A stretch of DNA of 64,000 bases, from contig JAQGDQ010000534.1 of the NCBI GenBank assembly GCA_030141605.1, positions 1 through 64,000 on the forward strand. Reading direction: 5' to 3'. Numbering within the stretch: position 1 is the stretch's first letter; every line of letters starts with the position of its first letter. This DNA comes from Tubiluchus corallicola. Its lineage: Eukaryota; Animalia; Priapulida. This document shows positions 1 through 43,206 of the stretch, in pieces. A model generated the notes under the pieces. The model saw only the letters and a program-made list of their open reading frames with translations, did no database searches and was not told the origin of the DNA. The translations under genes were made by a program, and so were the position numbers.

Positions 1-1180
1 TGTTTAATAAATATGTCACTTTTCTCTGATTAATATGCGGATACATTAAATCCTGAGTATACATTTGTACTGTATAAATCTTTATACGAATTAAATTTAA
101 AGGAAAGATCTAGCTTTCTAAGAGGTTGGGCTTATGTCAATATTCGTGAAAAATGTTAGAAAGATTTAGTAACAAAACTGCAATAAGCGTCTCGTGTAAC
201 TAGTAAAGTCACTTTAAAGTCGCGATCACTTCGTGCTTGAGCTCTTCTATTTTCAATGTCCATTCTTCTTCCAATGACGTCATTCATCTTGAAGAAAAGT
301 AGCGCTTGTCAATCTTCACCATAATATAATAAGTATAATAAGATTTTACAAAAAAAAATTGGGTAGTTAATTTTGTAACATTTTTGCGTGAACATTAGGT
401 AAGCTGCAGAAGTTTTAGTTAGTTTAAGCAAGACGCGCTTACGGAAAGCCACGAGGCGCTCACGAAAAGTCACGAAGTCTCCCAGTTACGTCATGATGTT
501 CAAGTCAATGGCGGAGACCGCCAAGCCTGAAAATTTCTATTCAGAGGTTGTTTATTTTAACTTTATGCTTTATAGGCAGTTCTTTGCAAATTTCTTTGTC
601 ATATATTTCTAAGTTTAAGTGATAACAGTAAAATAAATCCAACATACTGAGTGTGTTCTTCTTTCCTTTAAATTTTATTCCTTGTTTAAAGGAAGGGTCA
701 AGCTTTTTGGAATTAATGCTTTGTAAATAACTTACGTACAGCATGAGGCATGGAATTAAGCTTGAATTGCGCTAAGTCGTAACACTGGACGAATAAAGCT
801 GCATTTTAAAATGGAGTGCAAGACTTCCGTGACTTAGCTCGTTATCTTAGCCCTATCTCTTTATTTCCACGTAATTAAGCTAACATTTTAACCTATAATG
901 AATATCCGTTCGTAACTTCTTGGCTTCTATCATTTGAGAGTGCGACATTCATTAAGCGTTAATCAGGCGGGCGCGCACACAGTAAAACCTGCGTGCATTC
1001 ACCAGAGAAGCTGGCTATAAAATTTGTATGGCGTGGGCTGTGCGTTATTAGTTTTATTTACATCAGAAAAGAAAGTAAGTTTGCAAAGAGATGCATTAAG
1101 TAAGTGTGCTAAAATAACGACGATATTGCACTGTTTGTATACGCAGGAACGTATTGAGTGAGATAAACGCCAAGGCCAGA

Positions 1181-1262
1181 TAGGGTGACACCATTCCTGA
1201 TTTGGACCAGAATCTCCTGAAATTTAACCATAGCAGTAGTATTGGTTAGTTAGTTAGTTAGT

Positions 1263-1314
<52 letters not shown>

Positions 1315-2830
1315 GGTGGTGGTGGTGGTGGTGGTGGTGGTGGTGGTGGTGGTGGTGGTGGTGGTGGTGGTGGTGGTGGTGTTGGTGGTGGCGGTGGCGG
1401 CGGCGGCGGCTGCGGCGGCGGCGGCGGCAGTGGTGGTGGTAGTAGTAGTAGTGGTAATAGTAGTAGTAGTAGTAGTAGTAAGTAGTAATAGTGTAGTAGT
1501 AGTAGTAGTAATAGTAGTACTAGTAATCTTTATTCTTCAAATTTCGTGTAACAACCTGTTTAAATATTACGTAACAATTTTTACGTTTTCAGAAATACAT
1601 TTGCAACATTTTTACGATTTGCTAGAAAATGCACAAAAATTGTTTACAAAGTGAGTCGTACGAAAACTGTAAAACTATCAGTGCGTTTAAAAAAGGTTTA
1701 GAATGGCATCTGCTAAAAGTTATGAGCGTATTAGCTAACAAATTTTAAAAAATACTGTGATAACCTTCAGTATATTGAAGAGTTTTAAAAGACAAGTAGA
1801 TTACATTTGTGGGACGGTCATACCTTACATGATATATGAGTTTAAAAATTTTGTTTTGGGTTATTTGTAAAGCTTCCAGATTACTTTTATAAATGAACTT
1901 CGTTTTCTTTCGGTGTTTGAGCTACTGACCAATTCGAAGAAAAAATGTATTCGCTGTCGACATTATCAATATACAGTAGTGTGTTGTGTTACTAATACTG
2001 CAGTAGTTTTTTTCAAAGACCTAATATCCAATTTTTACTTTTTGGTTATATTTATATAGCTCTTTCTCTAATTATTATTCATCTTAAACTAATAATTAAT
2101 TATAATGTTTACGGAAAATGCAACAGTGCAGCGTAGCTGGGGTTGCCACCCCGCCATAAACCGAAGTCAGCAGTCGAGCTACCTGGGGGGGGGGGGCTGT
2201 AAGCTCCCTAGTGGGGCCCAAGGTGGAGCCCCGGAAACCAAGCATTTTCTATATTTTTAAGAGTTTTATGAGGTACTTTTTTCAGAAACTAAAATCAAGA
2301 AAGTCTAACTACAAAGTCGAACAGATTCTTGATTTTGGACTCCAAAAAGTCCAAAAAATCCAATATCTTGCAAAAGGGCAAGCAGTCTCTACATCAGTTT
2401 TTGGAGTTTCTGCCGCGTCCCTATACATTTCTCACATTTTCTTGGGTCTTCGGGATTGGTTTAGCAATCAAATTATTAAGCACCTTTATGTTATGTGAAT
2501 TAAAGCTAAAGTGGATGAATATTTGATTTGCAGCTTTTGCTGCTGCAACAAAAATTGGCGAAAAATGTAGAAGGAGTGAAACGATGAAGCCATGTAACCG
2601 TTTAAACTTAATTTAACAAGTTCATTGTTACCTTAATTAACAAAGATTTTTGGCTTAATCAATTGCAAAGTTCCAATAGCATCTAAGTTGTAGTTCAGCA
2701 ATTTTCAATTAAATTTCAATGTGATGATCGAAATCAAGATTTCAGACTTTTTCAAAAATCAGACCGAAACTACGAATCTATGGCTGAATTTCAGGAGAAT
2801 CGAGACTAAATCAGGAGTGATGGCAACAAC
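1181..2830. mobile_element. Old hAT-like element enclosing a compound microsatellite
   Basis: TAGGGTGACACCATTCCTGATTT left end versus AAATCAGGAGTGATGGCAAC right end (degenerate TIRs). Confidence 0.4.
1245..1522. repeat. Compound microsatellite TTAG/TAG/TGG/CGG
   Basis: Directly visible. Confidence 0.95.
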
Positions 2831-4479
2831 CGTAAGTGCAATATCAAATGCTATTACATTTTCTTGTTTGGGAGTTTGTTTATTTCGTTGAAACTAAATC
2901 ATAAACATAGCTAAAATTTCACTTCATACTTTTCTGTACAACGCGGCTAAAAAGTTCGCAACTCTACAGAAATTAATCTCTCTTTCCCTTTATGCCTTTT
3001 GCGAATTTCGCAACCATTTCATTGAAATAGTCCAGAAATGTCGCTTTTAGTTTGAATGGAATAACCACATGAACGTGTTTTCAGTGCAAGTATTTCGCAA
3101 ATCCTTCTGATTATAACATTGCATTGCAGGGAATTAGTCTATAGAAAGGCACAAGCCATTACTTTATGTGTGGAGCATTATAACAGTCAATGGAAATGTG
3201 TGTAAGCTTCGTGTAATTTGTGGTTATATTTACTGCCTTGTAATCTTACTTATCGTCGCTGCATTGACCGTAATTGCCCTGAGTAGCTGAAATTTTGACC
3301 TTTGCAGCTGCAGTTATCCAATAATTGTTTTACGGTGTTTAGTTGGTACATATTATTAGTCCAAGCCAAACAAATTGTTACACGCAGCCAACGAGGGGAA
3401 GGCAACGTGGCTTCATCTGCATTGAGATAACACTTTATGCACTTTGGCCAATAGGTAATATAAAGGTTACAATAGTTCTTCAAACGTTTCTGTTACGTGA
3501 ATACCCTGCATTACCTACAGCAACGGTTACGGAAGTCATGAAGAGTGCACTTTCAAAACTCTTTATACGTCTTGCAACTTCTTTCTAATTCTGAGTCAAA
3601 GATGATAACGAAGATGATAACATAATTTTTATGGGTTTATAATAATATAATAAAAATATGCTTTGTTCCAATTTATGTACACAAACTGTACTACACAAGA
3701 TACATATACATAAAACTTTTGTGTACATACAGTGGGAGAACTGATGAAAGCAATAGCGTCTACTAAATCTACTTTAAAATCTAAAATCATTAATTAATTT
3801 CTACTTAATTTTAACACTCACAAAACTCTAACATTGCAAAACAAAACAAAAAATCACATTTATACATACAAACAACAAACAATGTAACATCTACAAGTTT
3901 TAGAACTGCACAACAATTAAAACAATCAAAATTAGCACAAGGGAACTTATACAATTTTAATTAATTCCCGATTTATCAAATCCATTACTATTCTAATTTA
4001 CTGAACAATACAAACATAAACTTTACACATCATTACAACTTTAAAAACCGTTTTTTGCGTAATATATTGTGAATATTTAAATAAAAAATGTAAAATAAAA
4101 TAAAAAAATAAAAATGAAGCAGAACGAACTCAGAGAAAGAGTAAGACTGTGGTATAACTGATGCAGTTTGTCGCTGTTCTTTCATTAAATTTCTCTACTT
4201 TAACAAGTTTAGTGTTTAGCAAAAGATAACGTTGACAGTAGGGCAAATCATTCTCTACCAAAAAGCGAATTCGAATCGAATTTGCGACTTTTGAATTCGA
4301 ATCGAACCGAATTGCAGTATTTCGAATTCGAATTGAGTTTGAAAGATCTTCGAACAAGTTTTCGAACCACTAGTAAAAAGTGATCTTGCAAAGATCATGC
4401 ATATTACTTGATTTTGCTCTGCAGTAAAATCACTGTTAGTTTGTTCAGAATTTTGCACGGAAACTGCAGCTAAATTGTG

Positions 4480-4925
4480 CTACAGCTAAATCTCATTTCA
4501 CCTATTGTAGACATTGAGGTATCAACATTTATTAGAGTATTCCAAACACTTCTAACTGCAGCTAACGGCGTAAGTTCTTCTACTCCTAAAGATAGATTTG
4601 GATGAAGTTGTTGAACATCTTTATTTATTTTTGCTATTCAAGTTGTTTTTGGTTTGCCAGGTGGTTTTTTGCAAGGTTTTAGGGCTTCCTTTAAAGCGAT
4701 TCTTACTGGTGCTTCATTTGATAATCTTAGAAGATGTCCTAGTCATTTTAATCTTCTGATCTGGACTTTGGACTTCCAATAAATTTCTTTCGTTCTGGTG
4801 TATAAATCTTCATTTTTGATTGTGTATATGCCATCTTATCTTTAAAACTTTCCTTAGAAGACTTCTATGAAATGCGTTAATCTGCTTTTCTTGACTAATC
4901 GTTAAACCCCAAGTATCAAACATTT
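4480..4925 (-). mobile_element. Decayed non-LTR retrotransposon (RTE-like) C-terminal fragment
   Basis: Minus strand reads DTWGLTISQEKQINAFHRSLLRKVLKIRW...NEDLY...RRLK*LGHLLRL...GKPKTT with frameshifts and stops. Confidence 0.7.
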
Positions 4926-7316
4926 GAGTGATAAAGAACGTACGTGGCTGAAGTGCTGAATGTATAATTTTAGGTTGGAATCGAATTCGAACTAAAAAAA
5001 CTCGTTTGAATCGAATTCGAACGTTCCATGCTCGTCTCTAATTGACAATTCAGAACAAGAAAGTTCGCCGCGGTTCATAATCTTCACTCAGTTCTGTTAG
5101 TTTGGTGAAGTTTTGACTGGATTTCTTTTTACTCGCTGTCGTGGGACTCAGCTAGAAATTATTCCTGGGAGATAAAAAACATAGCATACATTTTCTTCGA
5201 AAGATATGAAATAATTCGTTTGGCTTGTTTACATGAATTTTTGCAGTACATTTTCTTAATTGTTACTAATAATAAGATTTTCGAATAATATTCATGAACG
5301 AAAATTGCTCAAAAAAGCTTAAAAGAAAACCGGATGGTTGTGTAAACATTAGTTCAGAATAAAGAATGCTCTAAAATATTGAAAACTATAATAGCTTTTT
5401 TAAATCAAAGCTTAGATTAAATAATAATTACCTCGGATAGTCAAATTTCGTTAAACTCTCAAAGCTACGCGCGGCTCAATGAATCTACTAAGACTGGTAA
5501 CGGCGCTTTTTTGTCACATGCGCGTGGCCGACAAATAGAAGGCCGTACCGTAATAATCATAATCATGACTGCAGTGTTGGTTTCTGAAGTCATATGACGT
5601 AGAGCCCACTTTCGTGACATCACGCGTTCAAGCAGTAACACTCATGCAAACGTGCTTGACGCGCAAATGAAGATGTCCCTGCAGATTTTACATATAAAGA
5701 TTAACAGTCGGATCGGTTTCCTTGAAACAAACTAACCGTGAAACCGAACATCTGGCATTGCAGATACATGTTTATATTGTATGAAAAATTGTTGTTGCTG
5801 GATTAGGTGTTTTTGTGTTTACATATACAAACGAACTTGAATTGCTTGGTTTCAAAAGCAACTTTGGATGATATCTCAACGGTGGTAAAAAACTCCGCTG
5901 AGCTAATTAACGAAAAAAACTCAAGTGGTCAACCTCAAGTTTAAATGACGCAATAACCCTTTTCACAGTTTCGTTGTGCGCATGCGCATTTGCTGTAGGT
6001 CAAAGGTTAAGTGTACCACGGCAACGCGTCTTATCTACAACCGTCACGTGACATATGTGTAAAACAAAGCTTTCCACCGCACGAGTTAAGTAACGTCAGT
6101 TGTTTTACGTGGATTTTACTTAACTATGCAGAGTGATTTACTAGCAGGATCTTGCTTGGTAACAAGAAAAATGAATTAGGCAAGATTCTAGCTAGCTGTT
6201 AAAACTGTTACTATTACAATAGCATGAGCTGCGAGGCGTTGTCCAGTGTACACAAATGCGTTGTATTGTACACTTAACCTTTGACCTTTGCACGATCATC
6301 ACCAATCGCTGGAGCTGTGGAAATACTTATTAAACCGACAGCGTGTAATGCTGTCATTCAAAAGATTTAATAACAAAAACTAGTTACTGCTATCATAAAT
6401 AAGTTAGTAGAACAATACTAAGTAAGACATAAAGAATTTTTTTATAAAAACTTACCATTGGATGAGATCAAGATAATAAGAGCTGATGTCACGATGCAAC
6501 AAACATTCAGTTTAACCATCTTCAACATCTTAACTACTGTTTTTGAAATCTTATACGCAACCACCACAATGTCGCGCGTTCCCAAAACGTTTCACAAGTT
6601 TCAACACTTCTGTGTCGCGTTAGTTTTGAACCATCGGCTAGTGTTGAATTGACAAGGCAATGCCCATCTAAACACGTGTTGCATACATGGCTTCATCGTT
6701 TTACTGAAGTGCTGTGACACGCAAACAAAGCTGTAATCAACGCTGGTATTGTGCGTTCTGATTTGTTGAGATGCACAATAAATTTTTTATGAAAAAAGGA
6801 AACAATCGACGAGATTTTGCATTTTTCATGAAACCCTTTTAGGTCTTCATTAGAACTGTCGAAACACTTGCGCTACGTTACTTGGCTTCTTTCTGTCTTA
6901 CAAGCGATTATTGGGAGAATAAATCAACTTCGTTTCTACTTGAGCTGCATTTCAGACACTCCTAATCTTTGGCGACGCAGCTGCCATCAAGCGGTGGTGA
7001 CACAGCTTCTTGGATCTGCATTGAAGGAAACTCCACACAAAGTGAAGCCAGGTTTAGACGATAACAGCGCCCAAACTGGCTTCTGGCATGACTTCTACAA
7101 TGCGTCGTAATGATTTGGTTTATTGTACAGGAAGTTGTTAATATCGGTGTCTGGATGGTATCACAAAGAAAAGTAACACTAACACTGAAAACCTTTATTT
7201 TTAGGCTATTCGTCACGTTTATTTGTCACAAAAAGATAATATGTCCTAATATTAGTACGAAAAAGTAGCAAAAAGTATCAAAAAGTATTAGAATTCACTA
7301 TCTCTTTTTGATATGG

Positions 7317-7351
<35 letters not shown>

Positions 7352-9269
7352 TGCGTCATTTTTATCAGATATCTTCCAAATTTTTTGTAAAATAACGTCA
7401 GTTGATCGTTTTGTCATATCCGTAATATTGTCAATAACAATTATAATATTTATTCATACTATTCATTATAATGTTTTATTTGTCACCATGTATACAAATT
7501 TGTAGATATGCAATGTAGTATTTTAATGTTTTTAATCTTGTAATTTTTAACTTAGACTAGCTGACGCAGTTGCACAGTTCTGTCTGTCACTGACTGGTTC
7601 TGCACTGATTTTTATGTATGTGTAAGTTGTTTTACTATGTACTACTGTACAATTTTTGCAGCAAAGATTTATATATATATATATATATATATAATATAAC
7701 GTCACAGGTTTCTTATCAGATAACAGATTCCGACTTGATGCAGCCAGGAGCCAAGGCCGGCTCTACCATTACGGCAAACCAGACCGTTGCCTAGGCCGTC
7801 AAATTCTGAAGTGTAATTCTTTAATTTTTAAGTTCAGTGTAAGCAATAACATAGCCTATGTATAATTCGTAAGTGTAATTAAGTGAAAGAAACAATTTTT
7901 GTTATTTTCCTATCAAAATGTATGATTCATCGATGCCATCAAAAGTCTTCCAGCAGCAATCGGGTTTCACAAGTTTATGTAAGTTCATCACACGCATTAC
8001 TAACACGTTATGCTGCTTTTGCCAGCAGTTACTCTGTAAGTGCTTATAGGATGGCCATTCCGTTAAAGTTAAACAGCGTGATTTTTCATATACTACCCCA
8101 TTTTTTAAGTCCGATAAAAACTACAAATTTTAACACACTTAATACTGCAAATTTGTTTCTGATTATTAAATAATAAATTAAAAATGGTGGTGGGCGAGCC
8201 CAGCTAGCGACGATATCAGAAATTAGCGTCATTTTAAACAGCAAAATATTCCACGAGCGTGTTGCATGTGTTTGTAAAAGTGAAAATTGAAGTACAGTGC
8301 TACTGTAATATTCAGTGTTTTGTACTAAAACTAGGCAAGTTTTAAGATAAAAATTCAAATTTCAAATTTACCGCTGTGTTCACCCATGAGCTATTGAACG
8401 TATGTAGTTCGTAACAAACTAACACCTCTGAACTGAGAGGTACAGTGTCTGTTTTTGTGCAAAGCGTTTAGGAAATGCAGGCGCTAGTACCCGTCAAACT
8501 AGCAAATGGCGAAATGCATGCAACGACGAAGAACTAGAGGCGCGAACGTGAAAACGTGAAAAAGTCAAGTCGTTTTTGAAAAAAAATAGTATGCTGCCTT
8601 TCAATATTTCAAAGAGTACATTGTTTTGACCTACAGTTTAAGATTGGGCTAAAAATTCTTACAATAGCATTTATCTAACTATGGCTGATAAAGCCATAAG
8701 AATCGAAGTCAATATCAGGACAGAATACAGGAACGAACAGTAAAAATCTGGCAAGTCATGTAGAGCACAATGGGGTCATAAATTCAATTTCAAATTCTTG
8801 CTGCCCAAGCTGTAGATACGTAATTAATTATACTTTAACACATGCACAAGCCTTGGACAGAGGTACCATTACAACTTGCTCTAATATTGTACAAGAAAAT
8901 TTCAATATTGGGAACGTGGTGGCGACCGTGAGGGAGGGTTGACTGTTGAGAAGGGGAGTGCTAAAATACTTTTGCCTAGGGCGTCAAACTACCCAGACCC
9001 GCCCCTGAGAGTAGCGTTAAGAAAGCGTATATAAAAAGGCAGTTTACTTTTAACTACACAAATTAATGGTAGTACCAAATGAAATTCTAGTTAAGCCTAA
9101 TTGGTACATAAGTTCAAAGAACTTTGCTCGAGTTTTATGAAACCTTTACAGCCATATCAGTGCCAACATTGTTTTCGAAAACATTTTTCTGATATGCTGC
9201 GGTTACTTGTGATTTTATTATTGTCCTAATGCTGTTTAGTACTTATGGTAGTCACGAGTAGTAATGGAG

Positions 9270-9475
9270 GGTCTGTAGTCTGTGTGTCTGTCTGCCTGCC
9301 TATGTGTCTGTATGTCTGTCTGCCTGCCTATGTGTCTGTATGTCTGTCTGCCTACTTTTTCGTTCGTTTGTTTGTTGTTTGTCTTCCTGTCTGTCTGCCT
9401 GCACGGCAGCCTGCCTGCTCGTTCGTTTGTCTGTCTGCCTTTCTATCTGTCTGTCTGTCTATTTATTTATTTGAT
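9270..9475. repeat. Degenerate (TCTG/CCTG)n microsatellite
   Basis: Directly visible. Confidence 0.85.
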
Positions 9476-10944
9476 AGTTTACTCAAACGTTCATCTGTTT
9501 ATCCTTCCATACGTCCACAATTCATCCTTCATTTGTTTCGTCATACATGCAGTCGAGTATTTATCTGTTTTTATATGTTTGTCTGTTCACTTATTGATTA
9601 GCTTTATATTTTATTCTGTCAAACAGTAAAATTAACGTATAAAACAGTCACGATGAAATGTATTAATTTCTCTACATCTTAAATATCTAATAGCGCACAA
9701 AATGCAATGCTAAATTCAACTTTTCACTACAGTGGGACTCGAACCCAGGCCCTTCGAATCCAAGCACTTTTAGGCAGCTAGTATGCTATCCATTAATATG
9801 TCACAGATGTACATAGTCCGACCTTTTTTAGTTTATTTGACGTTTATACATATATTAAAATTGTATTAAAGAAAGAGTCAATAGACGCATGCGCACTTAC
9901 GCTAATCCTATAAGACATAAAAAGATGCACAAAAATAAAATTTATAAAAACAATTCCCTAAAATTGAATATCTCTCATTAAAAAACTCATAATAAAGTGC
10001 ACCTAGTACAGCAGATAAACAGAAATACTGTGCAGAGAAAAACTTTCCCAGAGTTTTGGGGAAAATTTCTAACACGAATAAGGAAAGTCGTAATGTTTCA
10101 TCGTAAAATTGGCCGGAAATCAGATTTGACCTTTGTCAGATCGGATCAGAGGTCAAATTCAAGATGGCAACAATTTAAATTGGCAAGCTCTTTAAGTCGT
10201 CATTATTTTGCCAACAGTAAACGTAGAATTCAACTAAGACATCTAAAATTTTTCAGAATTTAATATGCAGTCAAATGAAATAAATTTCGAAACAAAATTT
10301 CAAATCATTTTTGAGTATATGAGTTTGCATTTGGCAGAAATTCAAGATGACATCTGTGAGTCCGATTCTCAAGTGCCCAATTTTGGAAATTTATCGTTTA
10401 GTGAAAAGACTGGCATAATTTTCCACTAAAATTAGACATCCATCATTTTTTAAAAATCATTTTAACATTGTTCAAAATTCAAAATTTTATGCATTTACAA
10501 AAATTAATGAGAATTAGAGCTTTTATCTGTGACAAAAAACTTGGCCAAATTTCATGCATATTGTATTCGTAATACCAAAATTTTGGCTGTTTAGTAAATT
10601 CGTAAGAACAATGTCCGTAAACTATGTGTAAAAACATTTCTATGAACTAATTATGTGTAATGTAGACCTATATGTACCATGATGATTCCTGTACTAATCT
10701 GATCACAATTACAATGCTGTAAAGTTTTAGTGCACTTGCAACACACACTTCACCATTCTCACAATAAGTTCATGACTACCCTTCTGGGAAGGAAGTCCGT
10801 AAAGGGTGGTCCATATAATTCAGCTTATTACTATTAGTAACGTCATTTATTTTCGAACGCACATGTACAGTTAAGTTACATAAGTGGTTCAATTAAAAGA
10901 AATTAGTAGACTAGCAGTAAAACTAAAAATAAGTATTAAACACT

Positions 10945-12530
10945 GATAACAACAACAACAACAAAAACAACAGCAACAGCAGCACAACAACAACAACAAC
11001 AAAAACAAGCACGGATATTATTTACATACAAGAAACAAAGCAATTAATTTAATAAGACACCACATATTCTAACATTTCTCTTTATTGATACTTTGTTAAA
11101 AAATTAAAATTCCTGTTTTCAATACAACTTATACAATCTTTTGCTAAGTTTATTGTCACTAGCTGAATGGAACTTAACTCACATTTTTACGAGATAATAC
11201 ATGAAAATTTCTGAATACATCTTCTAGGGTAACAATATTTTCTATAACAATTTTATGCAAGTTGAAACCCATTATTGAGTTTACGTCACATAATGTGTTA
11301 ACTGTAGAGTTGCTACTATTTTACATGCTACATAGAATTTAAGAAACCGTTTTGCACGACTGAATGGTACCAGCAATAAATGTGAGCTCTATACGACAGT
11401 TTCCATAATTTACGTATAGCAATATTCCAAACGATACCAATGAAATGTATTTTCGAACTGTTTAACCTCCAATTCTGGGAACCGTAATGTTCTAGACAAT
11501 ATGTTTGAAGTAGTTTACATTTTAAGTCAGAACAAGCAAATGAAAAGTTGGCACATATACTTTTGGCAAGGTAAATGAAATCGCCCCTTTACTAAGAATA
11601 TCAGCATCATTCGTTAAATCACATGTAATTACGTGACCTAAGTAAGCGCTTGCCTGTCCTTGTTTAGCTCCATTGGTGACAGTGAAAGCTCCCGAAGTCA
11701 CCCCGTCCCATAAAACATTCATTGTTGGATCAGTATAAAAATTTATAATCAATCGTAAGATAATAGCGGAATATTTCTATTATTTTACTATAATATTGAA
11801 GAGTTTGCAAAAATTTACTTTGTCGAAAGCCTTTGAGACATCTAAAAAAGCATGGTAAACACAATTATTATTGGTCATGTAATAAGCAACAGTTTCTTAT
11901 ATTTACACAAAATAATCCAGTCGAAAATTTTCTCAAAGAGAGAGGAGAGTGTAATATCCCTATAAATTAGCAATACTAGATAAGTCGCCTCGCTTGTCTT
12001 TTAGAATTGTACAATATTGGCAAACAGAAAATGTTCGGGACAATTACCATGGTTTACACATGCATTGAATAATAAAGTCAAATAAACACATAGCAAATCA
12101 TGTCCATTAAGGATACATTCACAGTAAAAACCATGCCTACCGTCATTTTTATTCGGTTTAAAACGTTTAGATGTGCTATGCACATCATCGACACTGAACG
12201 GGTTACTCATATTGATACGATCATTTATGAGTTTGTCTTTGGAAGTATATACAATGTTATTCATACTAATGACGTCATATTCTACACTGTTATATAAATG
12301 ATCAAATTCATCAGCAAATTTTTAACAAATCTCATCTGGTGAAGTTAAGTTTTCTACACCATATGCCACATTTTTTGCTTTTCCTTTAATTAAATCGAGT
12401 TCTTTGGAGAGATTTCTATATCTATTGATAACAATATGGTCGGCCATTTTCTCTCTGCAAACAATTACGCCTCGCATTTTTGATTACGCAGTGATAAAAA
12501 GCCCGAGTACATCTCATTATATTAGACCCA
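10945..12530 (-). mobile_element. Decayed LINE with reverse-transcriptase remnants and (TTG)n tail
   Basis: Minus strand shows FLDVSKAFDKVNF, F.VTNGAKQG, YLGHVI, NKNDG..G, LFNA; many stops; AAC repeats at 10945-11010 lie at the element 3' end. Confidence 0.8.
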
Positions 12531-13945
12531 AAGGTCATGGGTGTCATGACACTTTTGCAGTGCACTAAGATTTTAACTCTTAGGGAGCTGATTTGCACTA
12601 TTACTAAACTCTAATATTGGAATGAACCATATTTTCCACTGTAAATCGAAAAAACATCCACGAAAATTTTTAAAAAATAGTATTTTCGAAAGCGCAAAAG
12701 TTTTTATTTCTTGCACTAGTGTTGTTTTGATATGAAAAGCGACAAATGAGTCGCGTCAATCTTTGAAACTGTGACGCACGGCGAACATGTGTAAAAATCG
12801 AAAAAAACGAAGATAACAAAGATTTCTTGTGCTGCGTAAATTCTTCAGTAAGGAAAATTGAAATTGAGATAAAATTGAATCTTGAGAGCAGATTTCTTTC
12901 ATTTTAAAATTCTGCTTGCCCATTTTTACACAATAGTCGTAATTAGCATGCGATGATGAAACGGAATTTTTATAGACTCAAACAAAGTCAAATTTAGAAA
13001 ATAGCAACAAAATGCGAACGGCCAAAATGTAGATTTAAGGCTTCAACATCAGAATCAATGTGATTATCAGTTGTTTTTGTTACATGAATCAAAAAGTAAA
13101 TACCGAACCATTGTTATTTTATTTAGTGTTACCCGAATCCTTAGCACGCTAATTGTAAGAGGATGCTTTCAGGAGAACGCTTCAGAAGTTGAGACACTAA
13201 TTTCGTAATCGTATGATAAATTATAATATGCCTTGGAAAAATTATGCGGTTCAATTCGTAAAAATATAAATAGCACCAAGTCATATAACGAAGATTTAAA
13301 TAACACAAATCTTCCTACCTTAGAAGACGGCAAATTTGAAGATTTTTCGAAAAAGTGGAAAGCAACTGGAGATTTTAAACCGCAATAAATAAAGCAGATT
13401 GTGGTCACTGTGACACTAAATTTTTTTCTCGAAAAAAGTTACACAGATATAGTTAAATGTTAAAGCAGTTTTGTAGTTACTTTACTAATTCATAGCAGCG
13501 AAATAACATTTGCTAAGCTTGGTTGATCGTCAGAATTGTTTTCCATGCAAAATTGCTTGTTAAAGAGATTGTTTGTATGTGGTAGCATTTTCTTAATTTT
13601 TGTCAGTAACATTAAAATTTACCGATCGTTTTACTTACTTTGACAAACCAAAAGTGTACCATGAGGCCGTAAGAATTGAGCTCAAATTGTAAGACTTGCG
13701 ATAAAACTGTGGAAGTTGTGAGGTCTGAATAGCATCCAACAGACTCAAAATTGTAAACATATTTACAAAATCTATAGGGTATATCAGCAATATCAACTTT
13801 AAAAAAAGCAACTTTTGTCACAAACATAACATAGTGTATTGAAAGTTTGAACATTGGATACCAGAAACCAGCCGTTACTGCCGAATTTAACGCATTATCA
13901 AAGTGATATAATTTTGCCAGGAAATGGAACATTTTGGTTTCATGT

Positions 13946-13995
<50 letters not shown>

Positions 13996-14823
13996 TTATT
14001 TATTTATTTATTTTCGGAGTTTTTCCACTGTGCAACAAATACATTTTAGTTGAGAACAGATATATACTACTGGGTATCAAGAATATAGTTACATAGATAG
14101 TTAGTTCAAAAACACAAGTAATTCATTAGTTAACACTCAAAATTGAAATACACAAAGCTCACAGAGTAAAGAAGCGATACCAGAAACAATTATCAATGTA
14201 CATCATCCTATTAGTTATACAAAAGTATGATTGTTCAATAACTGGTGTTTAAGTCAAAAGTCCAAAATTCAAAATAATTCAGGTTACAATTCAATATGCG
14301 ATTACACGTACAATCAATTAGTCAAACGTTTGGTAGACTTTATGTAGTTCTGAAACAATTTGAAGAGAATGTCACTGGTTGGATGACCTGATCTGAGTTC
14401 ATGAAAAATATTGTTGTTTATAATAGCAGGTCTAGGGCTTCATTTAGGCATAGTATGCTAGTAACTAGTTTATTTTGTAAATGGAGTTAGAAAGTTTACT
14501 TGCCTTCATAATGAAAAAGTATTTTCTCTGGATTCTTTATTACTGTTGTAATAGATGGCTTTTAAAATGATAATGACTTTGTTAATATTCATTTAGGTAA
14601 TAGGAAATCAACAATATTAATGACTTTATAAACGAGAAAAATTTGCACATCATCACTTTGGAAGGGCTAGAGAAAACCGATGTCCACTCGCTGCGCAAAT
14701 TACATCGGATGATAATGGTGAATTGTTGTTGAAACAGCCAAAGACAGAAAACAAAAGTGTGAATAAAAATAGAACCGTGTTTTGCTTATTCCGGGAACGG
14801 TTGCTTATTTTACGTTTTTCAAG

Positions 14824-43206
<28,383 letters not shown>

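Noticed and set aside
1304-1654. Poly-V/poly-A ORF (likewise poly-Y/T at 36477, SL/ER at 42577, ER at 47550 and the repeat ORF at 60798)
   Set aside because: Translations of micro- and minisatellites.
6868-7110. 80-aa ORF with moderately coding-like composition
   Set aside because: No recognisable homology or consistent splice partners.
9725-9795. tRNA-like B-box on the minus strand (other fragments at ~44375-44415 and ~44950-44985)
   Set aside because: No complete cloverleaf; probably decayed tRNA-SINE heads.
14720-14815. RFX X-box expected upstream of a ciliary gene
   Set aside because: Only half-sites (GGGAAC, GTTGCT) are visible; no convincing full palindrome.
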